A DNA stretch of 24,000 nt from Mycoplasma sp. SG1 (lineage in GTDB: Bacteria; Bacillota_I; Bacilli_A; Mycoplasmatales; SG1), in NCBI RefSeq assembly GCF_023612375.1, contig NZ_CP076852.1:517475-541474 (forward strand), in the 5' to 3' direction. The position numbers and the translations under genes were made by a program. The notes beneath the pieces are model-generated. The model was given only the letters and a program-made list of their open reading frames with translations, was not told where the DNA came from and did not search any database. This document shows, one piece after another, positions 1 through 7,758 of this stretch. Every line of letters starts with the position of its first letter. The first letter of the stretch is position 1.

Positions 1-3000
1 TTTTTATAAAAATCAATAAAAATATTATTAAAATTAAAATATAGATTATTAATAAATTGGGATAATTTTAAGGAAATAGGATCTATCTCGCTATACAATA
101 AAATAAAAAAAATGATTTCAATATCTTTTTCAAAAATTAATTGAAATGTATCCAAAATCTTAGAACAATGTTCTCTTCTTTCATCATCTTTTACATCATT
201 CTTTATGAGTAAACTCAATAGTATATTTTTTAGTTCTATAGATTTAAAGTAATAAATTATTAATGACACGTTCTGAGATGATTTTATTTGAAATAGGCTA
301 TCTTTTAACTTATGCTCATTTATCACGGAAATTAAACTTTTAAAATTAAAAGGAGAAAGTTCGTTGTTTTTTAAAAAATTATTTAAAAATAATATTTTTT
401 GTTTTGGACTATAATTTAAAAATTCTTCTTCTGTTGTGTTTATTACCATATAGTCTGTTAAATTATGGACAGATGAATCTGAATCAATTGTTGAAGCCCG
501 CGGATACACCGCCTCTAGTCCTTGATTAAACTCTTTTTCCGCGACATCATTTAAAATGTTATTGAACGGTTCGTAGGAATAAGAAACTTTTTTACTGTTT
601 ACTGATTGAAATATTTCTAAATAATTTTTGATTAGATATTTACGTTCATTTACATATTGCTGATTATGTATGTATATATATTTGATAGCTTCTTCAAAAC
701 TATACCAACTTAAATAAGTTGCTAATAAATAAATAAATTTTTTTGAAAAATAATAATATTCAAGTATTTTATTTGAAGATTTTTGATTGATTTTCTTAAT
801 TTGTTTTATTAATTTATCAAATAAATGTTGAAAAGTTTTAAAATTATTTTCTTTTTTTAAATCAATGGCAAAAATAATGAATATAAAATAATAACTAAAA
901 GAAAAATCTGACTGTTGAACAGGAAATTGATTCAATATAGAATCCTTTATTTCTTTTGTTATTTGATTTTCAACTTGTAAAAAATAAAAATAAATTTTAT
1001 AAATTAGAATATTGTTTCATCAATCGTTTAAATTGATAGTATTGTATTTAATAAATAGTTTGTCTATTCCTCCAAATCCAATCTTTTCAATGACTTTATT
1101 AATTTCTAAAAAATCATCAAAACTAATATATTTATTAATGTCTATATCTAGTTTAGTTGTGATAGAATAATTTAATTTACTTTTGTTAATAAATATATCA
1201 ACTTTTGTTATATTAAATTCTAATTTACCGCAATGAATATTTAAAATATTTATTGGTAATAAATAATAATTATCTAATTGTCATTTTGTATCATACTCTA
1301 TTAATAATCTGGTTAAAATCTGATAATATATTTTCTTAATGTCAATATTCTTCGTTTTAAAATTACGTAATCTATACAGTATAAACAAAAATGTTTCGGT
1401 GTTATATTTATCTTCATCTTTTTCAGCTTGATAATTTTTTGAAACGATTTTTATGTCTTCAAATCATGATTTTTCCATTTGATTATTGTGTTTTCGAAAA
1501 TAATAATCAAAAAATAATCTAAAATTTATATTCCCGCTTACAGTTAATATATTGGTACAATGATACATTTTTTTTAAGTTGTCCAAAAGTTTTTTACTTT
1601 TACTATTAATAACATAATTAAGAATATCAATAAATGATTTACTATTGCTAACAAAATTACGAATTTCAGAATTATCTAACTTATTATTAATAACAAATTT
1701 TCAAAATTTTTTCATAAATTTATAACACTCATTGTTAAAAAAATCTTTATTAATGATTTTTAATAAAGATTTTTTTTCATTAAATAGTGAAATAATAAAA
1801 ATGATCTCTTTCTTATTTAATTTATGAAAAAAATTTTTAGATTGGTTGCTTGATTTAGAAATTAAATTATTAAAGTATTTTTCGGTATTAAATAAGTTTT
1901 TATTATCTTTTTTATTTTTTAGAAAGATATATTCCGAAAATTTAATAGAATTAATATCATTTATCAAGCTACATTGTTCGCATAGATAGTTTATTAAAGA
2001 AAAAAATATTCATATATTTTTTTGTTTTGAAATTATTTTAGGTGTATCTTTGAATACGTTTAATTTAAGAAATTTAAAATTTTTCCGAGCTTTTGAAAGC
2101 GGTGGCAATTTCAATTCATCAACTTCTAAAGTGTTTGTTTTCGTGCATTTATTAATGTTGTCCCATAAAACATAAAATAATGTTTTTTCTTGATTTGAAA
2201 TATTTTGTGCTTGAAGAAAACCCGTTATCTCAGATAAAAGAAAATTATCATTAAAACTACACCCGATGAATAAAAATATATATTCTTTTTTAATACATTT
2301 TTTTATAAAATTAACGAAATTTTTTGAGAAGGACTTATCTGTTTTTCATTTTTCAGTTAACCGTCGATTGGTATCAATTATATGACTATCATCGTTAACT
2401 ATAGTCCCATGAATAGGAACTATAATTTTTTCATTATTTGTACGAGGTATTTTTATATTTTCTATATTTTCTTCGTATTTTCAAGCTAGTCTTAATTCTT
2501 TTCCATTATCATAATTAAATATATCATCATAATTAATAGTTAAAATGGTATTAAAATGTTGATTTATTAATGGTAATATATTTAAACTAATTCCGCTTTT
2601 AACATAATCTTTATTATCATTTATATGTGAAACTAGCGATAATTCTTTTTTATAAAGTTGATTTAATCATACTCTTTCTTTCTCATCGGTACATTCCAAT
2701 ATTATATCTAAAATCTGCGAAATTGGTTGTTGAAGACAATCTTGGTTTAACGCATCTAAGATATTTTGTAATTTTTTTTTATCTTGAGATGTTGTTCCGT
2801 TATATAATCTGTCCTTAGTAATTATTATTAATAAGTTTTTTAAATTTGGTAAGCCAAAATTAGAAGAAAACCCAGCGCCCAAAAATAAAATAACTTTGTT
2901 TTCTACTATTTTTTTACTAATTAATTTCAAGTCGACAAAATATTTTGAATTTTTAATCGTTTTTTTTATTTTAGAATGATCTTTGTTGAATATCTCTGGA

Positions 3001-3005
3001 AGCAT
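1..3005 (-). CDS. Giant SIR2-family (SIR2_2-like, NADase-type) protein with a long helical C-terminal region. DSR2-like architecture. 3' end lies beyond the window start (>=1001 codons visible).
   Basis: ATG at 3005..3003 is preceded by an in-frame TAA (3014..3012). I translated the frame codon by codon from 3005 to position 3. There is no TAA/TAG, only TGA (plus-strand tca at 2667, 2481, 2346, 2010, 1701, 1464, 1281, 1020, 1017). Track ORFs 2667..3005 and 1701..1967 are in this same frame. SIR2 motifs: LFLGAGFS (G43-A44-G45), ILTINYDD (N158/D160, nt 2526..2540), VPIHGT (H199, nt 2409..2411), FLFIGCSFND (aa 245-253). The remaining ~740 aa are K/N/I/L/F-rich, with no Walker A and no other motif I recognise. 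Confidence 0.85.
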
Positions 3006-3057
3006 ATATTTTTAAAAAATTTATAAAGATTAAATTTAAGATATTTTTAAAAGACTA

Positions 3058-3633
3058 TTATTTTATCGGTTCAGATTCTTTACTTATAACTAAATCAAAA
3101 ATTAAAATAATTAAAAAGTATCCTAAACCAGCGATAACAAAGCAATCTGCGATGTTAAAATAACCAGCATGTAAATTAAATAATTGAAGATAATCAACTA
3201 CTCCATGATATTGAAATCTATCTAATAAATTACTAAAACCACCAACAAAAATCATTCCACAAGATAATTTATGAGTAAAGTCTTTCGTGAAAATAAAAGC
3301 TAAAAAGAATCCAATAATAATAATGAAAAGAATTACATAAACAGGAGTGCTAAAATTTCATAAAATACCACCAGCTAAACCTTGATTTAAAGCAAAACCG
3401 AAATCAAAAAATGCTCAAAAGCCAGTTCTATTTTGATGTCCTTGTCACCCTGGTTGATGATTGTGAAAAATTAATGATTTTAATACTTGATCGATTATTA
3501 ATCCAAATAATAAAAATATAGAAAGAAAAATAAAACATAAATATTCTTTTTTTAAGTATGTTCAATAAGAAAAAAAATAAGATTCGATCTTTCCTTTAAA
3601 TGAAGAAAATTTTTTATTTATCGGTGTTGACAT
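3058..3633 (-). CDS. lspA: Lipoprotein signal peptidase II (LspA)
   Basis: ATG at 3633, TAA at 3060..3058, 191 aa after reading TGA as Trp. C-terminal part reads GGFSNLLDRFQYHGVVDYLQLF...FNIADCFVIAG, matching the conserved N-x-x-D-R and FN-x-AD LspA motifs. The rest is hydrophobic TM segments. Confidence 0.9.
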
Positions 3634-3651
3634 AAATTTTAGATTTTAAAA

Positions 3652-4506
3652 TTAAATTTTATATTTACCTTCTGCTTTAGTAAAACCAAAAGCATAAGGA
3701 TCTAAACCGTGTCTTTCGTTTTTATCTAAACTCTTAATTAATTGCATATCTCCATCACTAATAATAAAGTTATCTAAATCTTGATTTTCAAAAATTCTAT
3801 TTTCATGAACTGATTTAGGAATAATTATGATTCCCCTTTGATATGCTCAACGCAGTGCTAATTGAAAAGGTGTAACATTATATTTTTGAGCTAATTTTTT
3901 AATTTCTGCTACTTCTCCAATTTTTCCTTTCATGATAGTTTGTCATGAAGTAATTTTAATATTTTGACTTTTAGCAAATTGAACTAAATCATCTAATTGT
4001 AAGTGCGGATGTAACTCTACTTGATCAACCGCTGGTATAACTTCTACTTGTTGAATAAAATCTTGAAGTTGATCTTTCATAAAATTAGATACCCCAATCG
4101 CTTTAATGATACCTTTTTTATACAATTTTTCTAAACCTTTATAAACATTTACTGAACTAGGAGTTGGTCAATGAATTAAACATAAATCTAAATAATCGGT
4201 TTCAAGTTCTTTTAAAATTCTTTCAACAGCTTGAACTACTTCTGCGTCAGTTTCAATGTTACGTCAAATTTTTGAAGTTATAAAAATATCTTTTCGATCT
4301 ATTCCAGATTCTTGAATTGCTTTTGCTACAATATGATGATTTTTATAAAAATCTGCAGTATCAATTAATCTATAACCTATTTTTAAAGCGTATTTAATGG
4401 CATTAACTCCAATAATAGGATCTTCGATCATGTAACTTCCAAATCCTAAAGCAGGTATTTGTACCCCATTATTTAATGTTAATTTTTGATCTAATATTTT
4501 TTTCAT
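3652..4506 (-). CDS. Aldo/keto reductase family oxidoreductase (2,5-diketo-D-gluconate reductase-like)
   Basis: ATG at 4506, TAA at 3654..3652, 284 aa. Fragments 4264..4506 and 3943..4125 are in one frame joined by TGA codons. LIDTADFYKNH and ITSKIW supply the AKR Asp/Tyr/Lys residues. VSNF and the LQLD..VQFAKSQNI region are typical of the family. Confidence 0.85.
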
Positions 4507-4647
4507 ATCAATAACTTTTACATGGATTAGAGTTTTAACAAACCCTATTCATTTATATTATGTTTTTTAATTTTTTATATTTTATTAAAAAAATCATTCT
4601 TAATTAGATTAAAACAAATGAATTAACAAAATTAAAATTATCATTTT

Positions 4648-4706
4648 TTATTATTAAGATACATTTTAATAAAGCTAAGAATACGCCTTACTAATCTTAA
4701 TAATAA
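4648..4706. repeat. 13-bp perfect inverted repeat (ttattattaagat / atcttaataataa) with a 33-nt loop, in the intergenic region
   Basis: 4648..4660 is the exact reverse complement of 4694..4706. The loop contains an inner taag/ctta pairing. No flanking T-run on either strand. Confidence 0.6.
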
Positions 4707-4855
4707 TGTGATGGGAACGAAATTGTTCTTCATTTTTTGTTAATAATCATGATCTTAAAAAGATTGATCTATTTTTTATATATTATATAGATAATTAATT
4801 GATTAAAAATAGACTATGACTTTTAAATACTTAAAAGATAAAAAGATAGTATGCT

Positions 4856-4965
4856 AATTTAATGAATTAATAAAATCGGTAAAATGTTTTGGAAAAATTC
4901 TAATTTTTAAAATGTTTTGGAAAAATTCTAATTTTTAATATATTGTTATCTGACAACTAATTCAA
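4856..4965 (-). pseudogene. Decayed duplicate of the 3' end of rluD, retaining a terminal stop codon
   Basis: 4861..4895 matches 6632..6666 at 33/35 nt (offset 1771 bp). On the minus strand it reads LKIRIFPKHFTDFINSLN-TAG. The live gene reads LKTEFPKYFTDFINSLDLID and continues. Weaker, indel-containing similarity extends to about 4965 (gttatctgacaactaatt vs gttatcggatgaataaatt). Confidence 0.75.
4881..4936. repeat. Perfect 28-bp tandem duplication (2 copies) inside the rluD 3'-end relic
   Basis: aaaatgttttggaaaaattctaattttt at 4881..4908 is repeated exactly at 4909..4936. Confidence 0.95.
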
Positions 4966-4992
4966 TTTATTAAAATTTTACATTATTTTAAA

Positions 4993-7614
4993 TTAAAAGT
5001 TAAAAGAAGTTGGTAATTTTAAAATTGTTATATAGTTATAAAATCGGGGCAAATAAGTAATCATTCATCATAAAAAATTTTTAAAATATCTTAATTTTAT
5101 GTCATCTAAAATATCATTTAATGAAAGCGTGTTTTCTTTAGCACCTTTCTTGAAATGGAAATGAAAAAAAATATTTTTTGGTTTATAAAAATCTTTTAAA
5201 TTTTTATCTGAACATATATTTTTATCCATTTCAGAAAATCTATTTCTTATATGATCGTTTAGTATCTCTTTAAAAGAAATATCTAAATCATTAATATATA
5301 GTGTTGGAAAATTACAAATAAGGAAAAATTCTTTATCATTAGTTTTTAAATGTTTAAATGCCGCAAACTCATTAATCTTTTTTTCATAATCAATAAACTT
5401 TTTTAGTTTTTTAATAATTAATTCCTCAAAATTTAAGGACTGTAATAAAAATCAAATAGATCAGCTGGATCAACTGTTAATTTCATTACTTGTTCAAATT
5501 TTATTAATATTGTTCAAATATTCAAAAATAAAATCATCACTATGTTTATCCATGTCAAGTCTATCTGAGGCTTTGTTAAGGTTTTTAAGTTTTTTTAAAA
5601 TTTTTTTATATTGGGTTTTTTCTTTTTTATTAATTAAAAAAATAATTCCTTTGTTGTCATCAATATTTTGCGAGCTATAATCTTTCATCCATGGTTCAAG
5701 TAAATCTATTGATAATGAACATTTATTATTAAATTTAAATTTTTCTTTAAATTTTTCTAATGTATCAGAATTAATTTTACATCCTAATATAATTATTAAA
5801 TTTTTTGTTGTTTTTTTTAATTTTGTTAAAAACGCATGAGTTTCGTCTAATTGGTTAAAAATAAGCAGATAATCTAAAGAAACAATTTCAAACCCTAAAA
5901 TTCTTTTGTCGTTTGTTAAAATAAAATCTGGGGATTCGGATTTATAAATTCTATATTGATTAATATTTGATAATAAATGTTTGTTTGTTTTTAAAAAAGA
6001 ATACATTGGAATAAATTCATTGTTTATTGCTTTAACATAAGCTGAAACAGAATTATCATTAAACAATTTAAAACCTGATAATCCATTTATAGAATCTTCT
6101 AAAGGAAAAACAAATTCATCAAAAAAATTCTTTAAAAAGTCTTTATTAATTGATTCTTCATTTAACTTATTTAATAATTCATTACTTAATAACGGCTTGC
6201 AAATAAAATGCTTACCCTGTATATTAAAGTTTGGAGTAGTATAATATCGTGAAAATTTTATATCTTTTAAATAAGGATAAATTTTTTCAAAATCAAAAAT
6301 ATTTAAAGAATTAAAATATTTAATTTCATTGGAATTTAAATTTGATTTATCAAAAATTAAATAATATTTTTGATTTTTTATATCTTTAATTATTATTTTA
6401 ATGTTACACAATATATTTTTTACTTCTAAAAAGTATTCTTTATTGCTGATTAAACATAAAAAAGTGTTTAAAAGATTTAAAGGTTCATCTAAATCAAAAG
6501 ATTTATTACATACTTCGTTTTGGTATAAAATGGATGTATCGATTTGTTTTAAAAATCCTTTAAAAACAAAAATTTCTTTTCCTAGTTTAATATTAATTTG
6601 TTTTATTAGTTTATTTAAATCTATTAAATCTAATGAATTAATAAAATCAGTAAAATATTTTGGAAACTCAGTTTTTAATTCAAATGGTTTATTAGTTATC
6701 GGATGAATAAATTTTAAATAATAGGCGTGTAAAAATTGGCTATGATAATTTTCATCTCTTATTAATAAAATTTCATTTTTTATAAATAAAATGTTTTGTT
6801 TAAAAAATGGATTATAAACTTTATCAGCAAAAACAGGACAATTAATTGCTTTTAAATGAACCCTTATCTGATGAGTAGATCCTGTTTTTATTTCAGCTTC
6901 AACTAAAACCAAAGAATATGGTAAATCTTTAATCTTTTTAAAATAAGTAATTGATTGTTTACCTGTTTCAGCAACTATTTTTTTAGCAAAATTTCTTTTA
7001 TCATTGCTAATCGGCAAATTAACTTCAAGCGTGGAATTTTTAATTTTACCTTGACAAATTACATAATATTTTTTTTGAATTTGATGAGTTTTAAAATATT
7101 CAAAAAACTTTTCTGCAGCAGAATTGGTTTTTACAATAATCAATAACCCTGTTGTATCTTTATCAAGGCGATGAACTATTCCATCGCGATTTTGACCACA
7201 AATTTCAGCTAATGGTTTTTTTAAATAATAGAAAAAATAATTGTAAACCGTTTTAAGGGTCTTTAAATTAGGATCATAAACAATAATATCCTTTGGTTTA
7301 TCGATGATCAAAAAACTTTCATCTTCAAAAAGAATTTTAATTTCAAAGTTAGAAAAAATCTCATCCCAATTAATTTCTTTAGAATGATCAGGAATTAATT
7401 GATCATCTATCGTTCAATCTATCTTAATCGAATCATTTAAATTAACCAAAAAACTTGGAGTATTTTTTTGATTTTCATTTACCAAAACCCCATATGTTTT
7501 TATTCATTTAACAATTTGTGTTCTTGAATAATTTTTTAAAGTATTAAAGATTAACAAATCTAATCTAATTGATTTTTGATCTTCGTTTATAAAAGTTTTA
7601 TTAATCTGAATCAT
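4993..7614 (-). CDS. rluD: RluD/RluA-family 23S rRNA pseudouridine synthase (S4 + PUS domains, aa 1 to ~328) fused in frame to a ~545-aa extension of unknown function. 873 aa under code 4.
   Basis: ATG at 7614 with an upstream in-frame TAA. N-terminus reads IRLDLLIFNTLKNYSRTQIVKWIKTYGVLVN (S4-like). HRLDKDTTGLLIIVKT carries the catalytic Asp at nt 7162..7164. Also KTGSTHQIRVHL and LHAYYLKFIHPITNKPFEL. The frame stays open past the standard-code stop at 5494 (TGA) down to TAA at 4995..4993, with no TAA/TAG over 873 codons. Confidence 0.85.
6627..6666. repeat. Gene-internal copy of the direct repeat (partner of 4856..4895)
   Basis: Encodes FPKYFTDFINSL, the last conserved residues of the RluD domain. 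33/35 identity to 4861..4895. Confidence 0.8.
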
Positions 7615-7619
7615 TTATT

Positions 7620-7747
7620 TTAACATTGTCCGTGATGACAATGACTATCATCATTGTTATGACAACCTGCAAAAGTAACAACAAAAGCTGAAAATGTTAA
7701 AGGAATTAAAACTAATTTATAAAGTTTTCGTGATATTTTTTTTTCAT
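7620..7747 (-). pseudogene. Mini-lipoprotein ORF (42 aa if the A-tract were 10 nt). Out of frame with its ATG at the observed A9 tract.
   Basis: ATG at 7747 followed by A9 gives MKKKYHENFIN-TAG. With one extra A (or two fewer) it reads MKKKISRKLYKLVLIPLTFSAFVVTFAGCHNNDDSHCHHGQC-TAA. That is a basic n-region, a hydrophobic core, lipobox FAG|C, and a 14-aa Cys3/His4-rich mature peptide. The lipoprotein frame has no start codon of its own (TAA five codons upstream of the E-K-K). Confidence 0.55.
7736..7744 (-). repeat. Poly(A)9 homopolymer (T9 on the plus strand) directly after the ATG of the mini-lipoprotein ORF
   Basis: Counted directly: 7736..7744 are all t on the plus strand, followed by cat (7745..7747). 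Confidence 0.9.
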
Positions 7748-7758
7748 AATAACTATTA

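Noticed and set aside
490-521. Locally GC-rich patch (gaagcccgcggatacaccgcctctagtcc) that might be a small RNA or tRNA fragment
   Set aside because: It is in frame within the SIR2 ORF (encodes GLEAVYPRAS), only ~30 nt long, and has no cloverleaf or extended stem potential.
1701-1967. 88-aa ORF listed as a stand-alone gene
   Set aside because: It is in the same frame as 2667..3005, both of its ends are TGA (Trp in code 4), and the sequence between them has no TAA/TAG. It is an internal piece of the giant SIR2 protein.
4881-4936. 28-bp repeat pair as a possible CRISPR array
   Set aside because: The two copies are directly adjacent with no spacer, there are only two of them, and no cas genes are present. 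It is a simple tandem duplication.
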